This document shows, piece after piece, positions 1 to 18,917 of a stretch of 64,000 nucleotides of DNA. The translations under genes were made by a program, and so were the position numbers. The DNA lies in NCBI RefSeq assembly GCF_009914755.1, contig NC_060936.1; one strand, written 5' to 3'. The DNA comes from the human T2T-CHM13v2.0 reference genome, Homo sapiens. The first letter of the stretch is position 1, and the number at the start of each line of letters is the position of its first letter. The notes beneath the pieces were generated by a model, which was not told the origin of the DNA, made no database searches, and worked only from the letters and a program-made list of their open reading frames with translations.

Positions 1-713
1 CTGGGAGGCGGAGGTTGCAGTGAACCAAGATTGTGCCATTGCACTCCAGCCTGGGCGACAAGAGCGAAACTCCATCTCAAAAAATAAATAAATAAATAAA
101 ATAAAATGAGGGGCAATTCCTACCAAACAGAGCATATGGAGAGACCCGGTAAATGATGGCCAGCCTTGTCATTATGCTGCTATGATCACGAGGTGCCCTT
201 GGAGACAGCAGGAGGTATGAATGAGGAAACTCGGCACTGGGGCTGGACCCAGAGTGTTGGAGGCGGGTTGCTCAGGCTACTAAGGCAGTTTGGGGTGCAC
301 TAGTGAGGAAAGAGCTGGCAGCAGGCCAAAGTCCAGGAATGGGCAGGAAAGGGTACAATTAGAGATCTTGGAGAAAGGACTAAGCACCGGCCGTTGCAAC
401 CATCTACAGACTCACTGGGACATGTCTTGAAGATTTTCAAGCCCGGTAAAATTTCTGTATTTGAGCACTACCCCTAGAAAGTCTTGGTAATTTCAGGATT
501 TACGATAAAATCTTTCCAATGACCTGGCCTCTCAGTTTTTTGACCTCCTCACTCACTCCTGTGGCCAAAGGCTTTCAAACTTGTTTGTCCATGACCCAAC
601 CATATGTGTGACTCAGTACACACAGGCACCATATAGAAATACACACATCTGGCTGGGCACGGTGGTTCATGCCTATAATCCCAGCACTTTAGGAGGCTGA
701 GGTGGGTGGATCA

Positions 714-1055
<342 letters not shown>

Positions 1056-1601
1056 CTATTCTATTCTATTCTATTTCATTTTTATAGATGCTGGTTTTAA
1101 CCCACTAACTTAATTTTATGATCCACTAATGGGCTGTGTCTCTCAATTTGAAAAACACTGTCCCAGACTTTTTTTTTTACTACTTCACTCCAGTTTTAGA
1201 GATTGAGATGTTGATGGGAGCCAGGTGCACTGGTGTACACTACAAAGGTGCACCTGTAGTCCCAGACCCTCAGGAGGCTGAGGCAGGAGGGCCACTTGAA
1301 CCCAGGGGTTTGAGACCCCATCTCTACATTTAAACTTTTTAAATTTTTTAAATGTTGAGGAGAAACCAGCAATGAAGACTGAGATGAAGTAGCCAATAAA
1401 GTAGAAAAAAGAGACCCTTCATTAGCTCAATCCAAGCATCACAGTCTCCAATCCCTTTCTGTCATTCGAACTCACTCCAGTCCTACCCTACCCAAAACCT
1501 CTCATCCACTGACCTTACCACCTTCTCCTTGTCTCTCACATCCTCCTGATGTCACTTCCCCTTTATCTGATTTAGATTACATAGGGCATAATAATCTATT
1601 A

Positions 1602-1886
<285 letters not shown>

Positions 1887-2069
1887 TCAAATAATAATAA
1901 TAATAATAATAACAATCCATTACTTGATTTGTTTAATAAATAGTTACTGGCCAGGTGCGGTGGCTCACGCCTATAATCCCAGCACTTTGGGAGACCAAGG
2001 TGGACGGATCGCATGAGGTCAGGAGTTCAAGACCAGCCTGGCCAACATGGCGAAACCCCGTCTCTACTA

Positions 2070-2345
<276 letters not shown>

Positions 2346-2348
2346 TTA

Positions 2349-2723
<375 letters not shown>

Positions 2724-3343
2724 TCAGCGTACAGGCATACCTCAGAGAACATTGCAGGTTCGGTTCCAGATCACTGCATTAAAATAAATATTGCAATAAA
2801 GTGAGTCACACAAAGTTTTGGTTTCCCAGTGCATATAAAAATTATGTTTATACTACACAGTAGTCTATTAAATGTGCAATGGCATTATGTCTAAAAAATA
2901 TGTACATATCTTAATTTAAAAATACTTTATTGCTAAAAAAAATTATGCTAACAATCATCTGATCCTTCAGCAAGTCATATCTTTCTGCCTTAATGGATGG
3001 CTGCTGACTGACCGGAATGATGGTTGCTGAAGTTTGGGGTGGCTATGGCAATTTCTTCAAATAAGGCAACATGAAGTTTTCTGCATTGATTGACTCTTCC
3101 TTTCATAAAATATTTCTTTGTAGCCTGCAATGGTATTTGGTAGCATTTTACCCATAATAGAACTTCTTTCAAAATTGGAGTCAGTCCTTTCAAACCCTGC
3201 CACTGTTTTATCAACTAAGTTTGTGTCATATGCTAAATTCTTTGTTGTCATTTTCACAATGTTCATAGCATCTTCACCAGAAGTAGATTCCGTCTCAAGA
3301 AACCACTTTCTTTGCTCATCCATAGGAAGCAACTCCTCATCTA

Positions 3344-3390
3344 TTAGTTTAGTGCAAAAGTAATTGTGGTTTTGCCATTACTTTGAATGG
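3344..3390. mobile_element. Partial MADE1 (Hsmar1 MITE) nested in the Tigger1 transposase ORF
   Basis: ta|ttagtttagtgcaaaagtaattgtggttttgccattactttgaatgg matches the first ~half of MADE1 and interrupts the Tigger1 sequence. Confidence 0.8.
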
Positions 3391-5116
3391 TTTACTAAAT
3401 ATTAATATTAAAGTTTTCTCATGAGATTGCAGCAATTCAGTCACATATTCAGGCTTCACTTCTAATTCTAGTTCTCTTGCTATTTCCAATACATCTACAG
3501 TTTCTTCCTCCACTGAAGTCTCGAACCCCTCAAAGACATCTATGAGGGTTGGAGTCAACTTCTTCCAAACTTCTGTTAATGTTGCTATTTTGACCTCCCC
3601 CCATGAATCACGAATGTTCTTAATGGCATCTAGGATGGTGAATCCTTTCCAGAAGGTTTTCAGTTTACTTTGCCCAGATTCGTCACAGAAATCACTATCT
3701 ATGGCAGCTATAGCTTTGTAAGATGTATTTCTTAAATAATAAGACTTCAAAGTCAAAATTACTCCTTGATCCATGGGCTGCAGAATCAATGTGTTAGCAG
3801 GCATGAAAACAGCATTAATCTCCTTGTATGTCTTCATCACATCTCTTGGGTGACAAAGTGCCTGTCCGTGAGCAATAATATTTTGAAATAAATATTTTTT
3901 TCTAAGCAGTAGGTCTCAACAGAAGGCTTAAAATGTTCAGTAAACCATAGTATAATGGTTAACAGACATGCTGTTATCCAGGATTCATTGTTCCATTTAT
4001 AGAGTACAGCAGAGTAGATTTAGCACAATTCTTAAGGGCCCTGTAATTTTAGGAATTGTCAATGAGCATTGGTTTCAACTTAAAGTCACCAGCTGCCTTA
4101 GCCCTTAGCAAGAGAGTCATCCTTTCCTTTGAAGTTTTGAAGCCAGGTGTTGACTTCTCCTCTCTAGCCAAGAAAGTCCTAGATGGCATCTTCTCCCAGT
4201 AGATACCTGTTTTGTTTACATTTAAAACCTGTTGTTTAGTGTTGCCACCTCATCAGTTATCTTAGCAAGATCTTCTGGATAACTTGCAGCTTCTACATCA
4301 GTACTTGTTACTTTATGTTGTATTTTTAGGTTACAGAGATGGCTTATTTCCTTAAACTTCATGAACCAAACTCTGCTAGCTTCTAACTTTTCTGCAGCTT
4401 CCTTACCTTACTCAGCCTCACTGAATTTAATCAAAGAGAGTTGGAGCCTTGTTATGGATTAGGCTTTGGTTTAAGGAAATGTAGCTGATTTGATCTTCTA
4501 TCCAGACCACTCAAACTTTCTCCTTATCAGCAATAGGTTGTGTTGCTTTCTTATCATCTGTGTATTTACTGGAGTAGCACATTTAATTTCCCTCAAGAAC
4601 TTTTATTTTTAATACACTAATTGGCTGTTTGGCACAACAGGCCTAGCTTTCAGCCTTCTTCGCTAAGCTTAATCGTTTCTGGCTTTTGATTTAAAGTGTG
4701 AAACGTGTGACTCTTCCTTTCACTTGAACACTGAGAGGCCACTGTAGGGTTATTAATGGGCTTCATTTCAATATTGTTGTGTTTTAGGGGCTAGGGAGGC
4801 CAGAGGAGAGGAAGAGAGATAGGGAAATGGAGGGTCAGGTCAGTGGAGCAGTCAGAACGCACACAACATTTATTGATTAAGTTCACCATCTTATCTGGGC
4901 ACCATTCGTGGTGCCCTAAAACAATCAGAATAGTAACATCAAAGATCACTAATCATGGGTCACCATAACAGATATATTAATAATGAAAAAGTTTGAAATA
5001 TGGCAAGAATTACCAAAATGTGACAGAGACATGAAGTGAGCACAGGCTATTGGAAAAATTGTGCCAATAGACTTGTTGGACACGAGATTGCCACAAACCT
5101 TCAATTAAAAAAAAAT

Positions 5117-5585
<469 letters not shown>

Positions 5586-5873
5586 TCACGCCTGTAATCC
5601 CAGCACTTTGGGAGGCTGAGGCAGGAGGATGACTTGAGGCCAGGAATTCAAGACCAGCCTGGGCAACATAGTGAGACCCCGTCTCTATAAAAAATTTAAA
5701 ATTACTTGGCTGTGGTGGCTCTCACCTGTAGTCCCAGGTACTCGGGACACTGAGGTGGGAAGACTGCTTGAGCCCAGGAAGACGAGGCTACAGTGAGCCA
5801 TGATCATGCCATTGCACTCTAGCCTGGGTGACAGAGTGAGACTCTATCACAAAAAAAAAAAAAGAAAAAAAAA

Positions 5874-5967
5874 TACACACACACACACACACACACAGAG
5901 ACATATATATATATATGTATATATATGTATGTATGTGTGTGTGTGTGCATATATATATACACATATA
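5874..5967. repeat. Compound (CA)n-(TA)n-(TG)n microsatellite
   Basis: Directly visible after an Alu tail. Confidence 0.9.
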
Positions 5968-6214
5968 AAAGAGAGAGAATAATCGAGAGGAGATCAGAAG
6001 GGAAGTGACAGGCAAGATCATCTCATAAGTCATTCCAAGAACTTTGGGTTTTGCTCTGAAGGAGATGGGCAGTCATTCATTGCAGGGTTTGAACAGAAGG
6101 AGTGTCTTGATCTTGTTTATGTCTTAAAAGGCTCTCTGTCTGGAGAGTACATTGTAAGGTCACAGAGGAGGACATCAGTTAAGATACTGTTGGATTAATC
6201 AAGATGAGAGATGA

Positions 6215-6507
<293 letters not shown>

Positions 6508-6997
6508 TGACCTCATGATCTGCCCGCCTTGGCCTCCCAAAGTGCTGGGATTACAGGTGTGAGCCACTGTGCCTGGCTGGATGAAATTTTTAAGACAAAG
6601 CTAGTGGGACTTACTGATGGGACAGACTTAAGGATTATTTCAAGGTTTGGGGCCTGAGCAGCAGAAAGCATGGAGTTGCCTTTTATGGATATGGGGAGAC
6701 TTCAGGAGGAGGTTTGGGGGTGAGGGACTCAGGAGTTGAATTTTAGCCATATCAAGTTAGCTATCCAAGTAGAGAAATATGGAATCAGAAGTTCAATATA
6801 TGACGTTCAGGCAGAGGCTTCGGTGAAGGAGCTATAAAATGGAAGATATTAGCATATGCTTGATAGTAAAGCCATGAGACTGGATGAAAGACCTAAAGAA
6901 CAAGTGAAACAGGAGAAAGAGGTCCAAGGATGGAGCTGAGAGGTCAAAGGAGACCAATAGAGAGTAGTCACTGGGGTGAGCAGAGAATTAGGAGTGA

Positions 6998-7322
<325 letters not shown>

Positions 7323-7349
7323 TAGTCTCAAAGTCCTGACCTCAAGTGA

Positions 7350-7796
<447 letters not shown>

Positions 7797-8967
7797 TGAG
7801 ACACACCAGCGTCAAGTACAATTTCCAGACCAGACCCTCCTGCCCCTGGCCAGGGCATCCACTCCCTGTGGACAAGTCACAGAGCAGGATGAATCGCAGG
7901 GCTATTTGGGATCAGAGCCTGGAGTCTGCTGCTGAGGTGACTGAGATCTGTCCCCACAACACAGGCACCTGCCTCAGGCCAGACAGGTGGAGAGGGCCTC
8001 ACCTGGCCAGTCCTGGGAAGGGCAATGCTGCAGTTGGCCTCAGACACTGCCCCATTCCCACTCCTGTGGGAGAAGGAACCAGACTCCACCCTCAAAAGGG
8101 CACCTAGGGAGGAGGAGGCCTGCTTCTTGGTGTAAAGAACTCTCATAGAACACCTTCCCACCCCCAGGACACCCAGCGGGAGCCTGGAGCCAAGATAAGG
8201 ACTCTGGACGAGAGAAGGTAGAACTTCACTGCAAAGGAAAATGGGAGGAATTTGACTGCATTTCTGAGAGGAAGAGGGTAACAATAAGAGAGGGCAGAGA
8301 AAGGAAGAAGAAAGGGGTGGAGCACCAAGTAACAGGGCACCAGAGCTGTGCAAATGTTCAAGAGAGGCTGGTTTTACAGGAGCACATTGTCTACTATCTC
8401 ATTTGCAGCTGTCATTGCTGCTCTGTAATTTCCCTTCATCTCTCCAGACCATCAGCAAAGCTTGCCACAAACACAGGTGCAACGTGATGGGGCAAGGAGT
8501 GGGTGGAGTTTGAAATAAAGGAAGAAGGTTGCTGGGTGGACAAATGGGCTAAGATCGCTCTCTGGGCAGAGGCAGGAACTCAGGGGCCAGAATGACCAAG
8601 AAAACACATTTCAGCATATCCCAGACAACTTAAGCACCTTAGGAAGACATTAGACTTGCCAAGTGGGGGATGAAGATTTGAGCCACTCTTGTTCAGATCT
8701 TGAGGGGTGGGGAGACCCCAGCTGCCCATCATCCCCTTTCCATGCACAGTCATACTTCCACCTGGTTCTGGTGGGTGAACTCACACGCCTCTTCTCTGGT
8801 CACCCAGGTGACACGCAGGCAGCACTCTCATGCCCTGCCTTCTGATGGCATGGCACCGCAACTCCGTGCCCTGAGATACCTCTCCACTCCTTGGAGCCTC
8901 AGTTTCCTCATCGGAAACGGGAATCTGGCACCTACTCCCAGGTCTTAGGGATTAAACAGGAAGCCCC

Positions 8968-9702
<735 letters not shown>

Positions 9703-11489
9703 GCCCCTCACTGTGGCCAGCATGGGCCGGTGGTTAGTCAAGGTCACTGTCTCCAGGGCTGTTGTGAAGCTGAATGGAGATCAGTTTTGCACAGAAACAT
9801 GTGAGGTCTTATCAGCACTCCCAGCCTCCCTGCTAGCAGGAGGGAAGCACTGTAATCTGATTCCCAAGCAGCTTTAGAAAGGTACCTCTGTGGTACAGGC
9901 CACTCCATCTTCATAAGCAGCTTCTCTGATTGCTGTTCTGCTGACCAGGGGCAGGCTTTCTTGTGGGTGCAGGATTGCTGGCTGAAACATCACCCTCTGC
10001 TTCCTCCAGGAGAGAAATTCCCAGCTATATCCAAATGTTCCAGAGTATAAAACCTGAGACGCTTCCATCAAGCTAAAGTGGCTTAAACAGGGAAGTGGCC
10101 TTAGAAATGCCCTGGCCAAGGCTCCTGTTTTGCAGATGGGAACAGAAGTGCACAAGGCGGAGGCCATTTGCATAAGGACATTGGCGGCAGCAGCAGCAGA
10201 AGCAGGGCCCACTGGCGTCGTGCCAGCCCTTTCAGGTAACTTAGGTCAATGAGAAACAAACAGGTTCCAGAACTTTCTCTAGATCATACTGCAGCAGGTG
10301 CTGAAGTGGGGATTTGAACCAGGTTCACCACACTTTGAAACCCATGCTCTCTTTACCACCGCTTGAGACACCCAAACACACACATGTATCGGCACGGCTA
10401 CGTCTCCCGGTCTGTTTCCAGTTTCACGTTCCTCCCTCCTGGGCCAAACCACCACTGGGGACTCTTTTCTTCCTACAGCTCCAGGCAGCGCTGCATCATG
10501 GAAAGGTCACTCAGCTCACATTCATGACATGCTTTCTGTATGCAAGGCAGATCAGATCTAAGGGCAAACAAACATACCCAAACCCAGGGGACTACTGAGC
10601 ACAGACAAATAAATAAGCAATTACAGTACAAAACAAGAAGTGATCAAGAGATACATAAGAGGACCCAAGAGCCCTCAGAAGGCCACTTACACTGCAGGAG
10701 GGGCCTTAGGAAATACTTCCCTGAGAAAGTGACATTTAAGCTGAGACCAAGGTATTAATACTACAAAGGAGTTACCTAAGGAAGGAAGACAGGGGGTGAG
10801 GGAGGGCCATCCACACAGGCTCTAGAGCAGGCGGCCTGGTTTTGAAACCAGCACCAGCACTGCCTGCCTGTGCCTGATGCACTCAGTGCAGCTGCACTTA
10901 ACTTCTCCAGCCTCAGTTTCCTCATCGTAAAATGGCTAGTAAGCCTGCTCATTCCTGTAATCCCAGCACTTTGGGAGACTGAGGCAGGAGGATGACTTGA
11001 GTCCAGGAGTTCAAGACCAGCCTGGACAACATAGGGAGACCCCATCTCCAAAAAAGAAATAGACAAAACAAAACACAACAAAATGGATAGTAATAGTACC
11101 TGCCTCTTTGGGTTGTAGTTGGGAAAATTGAGTTAACACATCCAAGTGCTTAGAACAACAACTGACACAAAAGGTTCCTTAAATGTTCAATTAAAATATA
11201 TGAAGAAGCGGCCGGGCGTGGTGGCTCACGCCTGTAATCCCAGCACTTTGGGAGGCTGAGGCGGGTGGATCATGAGGTCAGGAGTTCAAGACCAGCCTGG
11301 CCAAGATGGTGAAACTTCATCTCTACTAAAAATACAAAAAAATTAGCTGGGCGTGGTGGCATGCGCCTGTAATCCCAGCTATTCGGAAGGCTGAAGCACA
11401 GAATTCCTTAAACCTGGGAGGCGGAGGTTGCAGTGAGCCAAGATTGCACCACTGCCCTCCGGCCTGGGCAACAGAGCAAGACTCCGTCT

Positions 11490-11490
11490 C

Positions 11491-11563
<73 letters not shown>

Positions 11564-11567
11564 TATA
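11490..11567. repeat. A30 followed by (TA)n microsatellite in an Alu tail
   Basis: Directly visible. Confidence 0.9.
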
Positions 11568-11578
11568 CGAAGAGGCTA

Positions 11579-11926
<348 letters not shown>

Positions 11927-11969
11927 TTAGGAGGCTGAGGTGGGTGGATCGTTTGAGCCCAGGAGTTCA

Positions 11970-12509
<540 letters not shown>

Positions 12510-13358
12510 TCAACAGCCCCAGGGAACAGGCTTGTCATTCCTCTTTGTGGGAGGGAAACTGAACCGGAGGGGGATTAAGGCCCTGGGCTTGTTCGTGGGG
12601 TCTTAGACCTAAAACCAGGTCTTCCAAGTGAGGCTGTCCTGCAGGTCTCACATGCACACGCACACACACGCACACACATACACACATGAATACACACACA
12701 CCCTCCCAAAGGGTCCCGGGCCCTGCTCACTAACCCCCTCTCCCGCTCGGAAAGGTGCCCTGGAAGGCAAGTGGCAGAAGTGACTTTGTTGTGGGGATGA
12801 TCTCAAACCTGCTCTCACTGGGGGGAAAGTTAGTTAATTATTCACAAATGAAAAAAACAAGGTACAGGGTAATGGGAATAATATGCTAACATTTGGGTAC
12901 TAAATAAGGGAAAGGAGGAATGTGTACAAGAGTGTTTGCTGATAGGTGCACAAAATGTTTCTGGAAGGATGCCCAAATTCTGGTAAGGATGGCTGCCTCA
13001 AGGGAGGGAGCTGCCCAGAGGGAAGGAAGGGGACTTTTCAGCGTGTACCCTTCTGGGCCTTTGGAAATTTGATGTGGTTACAGAAGCAAATATGTGCTTT
13101 AAAATACACGCAAGTGCTTTGGTTATGATGAATAACAGATTACTTAAAACACACCCACGACTGAGGTATGTTGTCATGTCATGACTGAAAACCATGTTCC
13201 CCCCTGGCCCCTCCTTTCCCTCCCCACGGTTCCAGTTGTGGGAGGCCACAGGCCCGAGCGTCATGATCCTTGTGAATGAGGGGGGGCAGACCACATCAGG
13301 CTCTGCAGCCTAGACTGTCCTGTCTGCCTCTTTGGGTGACCACAATCGCACCCACTCA

Positions 13359-13663
<305 letters not shown>

Positions 13664-15609
13664 TCAAATAAATAAATAAATAAAAATAGGGCAGTGGAGC
13701 ACAGGTGTGGTCCCAGCTACCGGGGAGGCCAAGGCAGGAGGACTGCTTGAGCCCAGGAGTTCAGTGAGCTGAGATGGCACCACTGCACTTCAGCCTGAGT
13801 AACAGAGCAAGATCCTGTCTCAAAAAAAAAAAAGAGTATAAACTCAAAAATACACATCAGTGTAGTATGGGAAGTTAATATTTTTAAAAATAAGATAAAA
13901 TAATAATAAATTAATTTAAAAGTAATAAAAAAATTTTTAAAACAGCACGGGATTCTTGTCCAGAATTGACAACACAAAGGGACTGAAGCGTTCCAGGCCC
14001 CAGGAGCAGCCATGCAGCAGGCCTCTTAATTCAGAGAGCAGACAGCGCTCAGGCACCCATGCCAGGCCCGAAATGGTCATCCCTCTGGTGGGCTACCTCT
14101 TTTTCTGCTTTTTCAATGTGTCTTCCTGCTTCTGCCCCCTCTACCAGGAGGCCCAGCTCATCACATCGCTCAGACACCAAAGCCCCCCAGTGACCCCTGG
14201 TCAGCTGTGGTGGGGCTGCCCTTGGGCAGGGTGCCCAATGCTGGGCCAGTCAGCTGAGGTCAGAGGGGACAGGGCCATGTGGGTCAGGACAGGAAATGCC
14301 CACCCTAGGAACGCGCAGCAGGGAGCCGGGAGAAGCTCAGTTTCTCTCAGAGGGGGCTGTAGGCGGGGCATTCATGTGGTGGACAAAAAACCTCCAGGAC
14401 GCCTTCAGTCCAGCAGCCTTAGTTCACCTCTCCAGGCCAGCCTGGCCTCACCTGACCTCCAGGCACTGCCTTCCCTGGATGTGTACTTGCGAACAGAGGC
14501 GAAGATACCTTCCCCCATCTAAGAGCCAGGAGAAATATCACTGATATTTGTTACAAGGGAGAAGCCCCAGCTTTATAAATACCTGCCTACAAAGGGCCCT
14601 CACATGTACCCCTCCTCCCTTCCCTCCTCGGCCCCAGCCTCTGGCAGCCACCCCACTTGCTGCCTTTGCCAGGGCTCCAGCAGTAGTGAAAATATTTGGA
14701 GATTTTGGCCAACCCACGAAGCAAAAAAAAAAAAAAAAAAAAAAAAGAGCAAAATAAACCACCAAGAAAGCATGGGATTTTAAAATCAGAAAGACCTGGA
14801 TTTCCTTCTACCTCTGCCACTCGCTAGCTTTATGATCTTAGATCAGGCACTTAACCTCACTCAGTTTCTTCACCTGTGAAGTGGGAGGGACAACACCTAA
14901 TTCACAAGGTTGTCAGGAGAATGAAAAGCGAAGATATACATGACAAAGCCAGCCCACTACGGGGCACACAGTACAGGCTCACAAATGGCTGCCCCACCAT
15001 TCCCTTTCTCCTTACATTTTCTTTCTTTTTTTTTTTTTTTTGAGACAGAGTCTCACTCTGTCGCCCAGGCTGGAGTGAAGTGGCATCATCTCTGCTCACT
15101 GCAAGCTCTGCCTCCCGGGTTCACGCCATTCTCCTGCCTCAGCCTCCCGAGTAGCTGGGGCTACAGGCACCCACCACCACACCTGGCTAATTTTTTTTGT
15201 ATTTTTTAGTAGAGACGGGGTTTCACCATGTTAGCCAGGATGGTCTTGATCTCCTGACCTTGTGATCTGCCTGCCTTGGCCTCCCAAAGTGCTGGGATTA
15301 CAGGCGTGAGCCACCACGCCCGGCCCCCTACATTTTCCTTTCCTGTCCTCCTTCAGCATCGCAGCCACACTATATTCCTCATTAATCCCATATATTACTC
15401 AGGACTCTTGCTTGCAAGTGACGGTAAACCTTATTCAGACTGGCCAATGAGTGAAAGGAAAGTCTTTGGCTTTGTGGACCTGAACCATCCAGGCACACTG
15501 GGCTCCAGGGTACACACGGTACCACCAGGGGTTGGTCTGGCTTTGGACATTTACCAGCTCTGCTTCCCTCATTTTCAGGTGTATTCTTCCTTCATTCATT
15601 TATCAAATA

Positions 15610-16085
15610 TTTCTTTTCTTTTCTTTTTTATTTATTTTATTTTTATTTTATGTTTTTTAATTTTTTTTACCAGTCATCTTTTATTTGGGGGTTAATTCCC
15701 ATTAGGATATGAAAGGATTCAGCAGCGATCGAGATTGTGTTCCTCACGGAGGGGCTCAGGCCTAGAAGGTCGTGGGGTACGGGGTGCAGAGCGTGTCCTC
15801 TTCAGTAGCATTTGCGGAGCCGCTCGTGCTTGAGATGCTTGTAGGAGAGGCAGTAGCTGAAGATCACGTAGCATGCCAGCACCATGGTAACCCCCGAGAT
15901 GCTCCCCTTCTTCACATTGATGTACTTGTTGTAGTACCGGTAGTAACTTCTTCGAAATGCTCCGAAAATGCCACTAGGGCTGAAGTCCCGCGTCAAGATC
16001 CAGCTTGGCAACTCCCCCAGTTTGACCTCCAGAAGTTTCTTGTCCTTCACTGGTATGACTGACGCCATCTTGGAGTCGTGGTGTC
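15610..16085 (-). pseudogene. Processed retrocopy of ATP5MF/ATP5J2 (ATP synthase subunit f); probably the annotated ATP5MFP5; ORF 16068-15802 is intact
   Basis: Intronless 88-aa ORF MASVIPVKDKKLLEVKLGELPSWILTRDFSPSGIFGAF...KHERLRKCY. AATAAA at 15685-15680, decayed poly(A) at ~15668-15629, and the low-complexity TSD-like sequence tttcttttcttttcttttt at 15610 and 16092. Confidence 0.95.
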
Positions 16086-16171
16086 TTTTTCTTTCTTTTC
16101 TTTTCTTTTTTTTTTTTTTGAGACTGGGCAACAAGAGCAAAACTCCGTCTCAAAAAAAAAAAAAAAAAAAA

Positions 16172-17215
<1,044 letters not shown>

Positions 17216-17283
17216 AGGGGCCAGTGCAAGAACTTTAGTTTCACTCTAAGTGTCCTGGGAAGCTATTATGGGGTTTTGAGTAA

Positions 17284-17434
<151 letters not shown>

Positions 17435-17749
17435 TAGCTGGGATTACAGGCACGCGCCACCACGCCCAGCTAATTTTTGTATTTTTAGTAGAGATGGAGT
17501 TTCACCATGTTGGCCAGAATGGTCTCGATCTCCTGACTCCGTGATCCACCCACCTCGGCCTCCCAAAGCGCTGGGATTACAGGTGTGATCCACAGTACCC
17601 AGCCCAACTTATTTTTAAAGGTCATTCTGAGACCGAGGGCAGTGGCTCACGCCTGTAATCCCAACACTTTGGGAGGTGGAGGCGGGCAGAACACGAGGTC
17701 AGGAGATCGAGACCATCCTGGCTAACATGGTGAAACCCTGTCTCTACTA

Positions 17750-18142
<393 letters not shown>

Positions 18143-18880
18143 TCAAAGGTAGCTGCAAGGGGTTTGGCTCTGTGCACCTGGAAAGGTGCAGTGTTGAGAC
18201 ATGCAGCAACAGCTCCCCACCCAACTCCATATTCCCCAGCAACCTCAGCAGAGTGAAAAATCCTGCTTCCCAATGACTCCAGCTGGAACATAGGGGAACA
18301 CAGTAGGCACTCACCACTCATTGTTGAGTGGTAAATAAGTTTATTCAACAGATGTTTATTTCAACCTACTTGGCACCAGGCCCCATGTCTACACAGTGAA
18401 GACAGACACAGTCTTTGCATTTCTGAAGTTTGCAGTCAAGCTTCTTATCTGACGAAACTAAGGCAGGTAGAGAAATGAATGATTGGCTATGACGCCCCCC
18501 TTCCTGGGGAATGTGGAATCTTTCCCGAAAGTTTTTAGACCACAAGAATGGCCCTCTAAACTTCAGGTTTCAGCCTGGCTATTTCCAGGCAGGGCAGCCT
18601 TCTGGGTGCATCTCAGATTACACCTGGGAGGCCACCCCACCCACACATTCAGCCTGCCAGAGCCCTGACCACAAAAAAAGGTGTCCTGAGACAGCCGCCC
18701 GCCTTCCTTTTTTTTTTGAGACAAACTCCATCGCCCAAGCTGGAGTGCAGTGACGTGACCTCAGCTCACTGCTCAGCTCAGCACTGCTCAGCTCGGCTTG
18801 GCTTCCAGGGCTCAGGTGATTTTCCACCTCAGCCTTCTGAGTAGCTGGGACTACAGGCATGCATCATCACGCCCGGCTAA

Positions 18881-18882
<2 letters not shown>

Positions 18883-18914
<32 letters not shown>
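18883..18914. repeat. (TG)16 microsatellite in the middle linker of an Alu
   Basis: Directly visible. Confidence 0.9.

Positions 18915-18917
<3 letters not shown>

Noticed and set aside
3057-3840. Tigger transposase ORFs as a domesticated TIGD-like gene
   Set aside because: Fragmented by frameshifts, stops and the MADE1 insertion inside an ordinary Tigger1 copy.
16069-16140. 24-aa N-terminal extension on the ATP5MF retrocopy ORF
   Set aside because: It starts at a non-ATG codon in Alu-tail sequence; the true start is ATG 16068.
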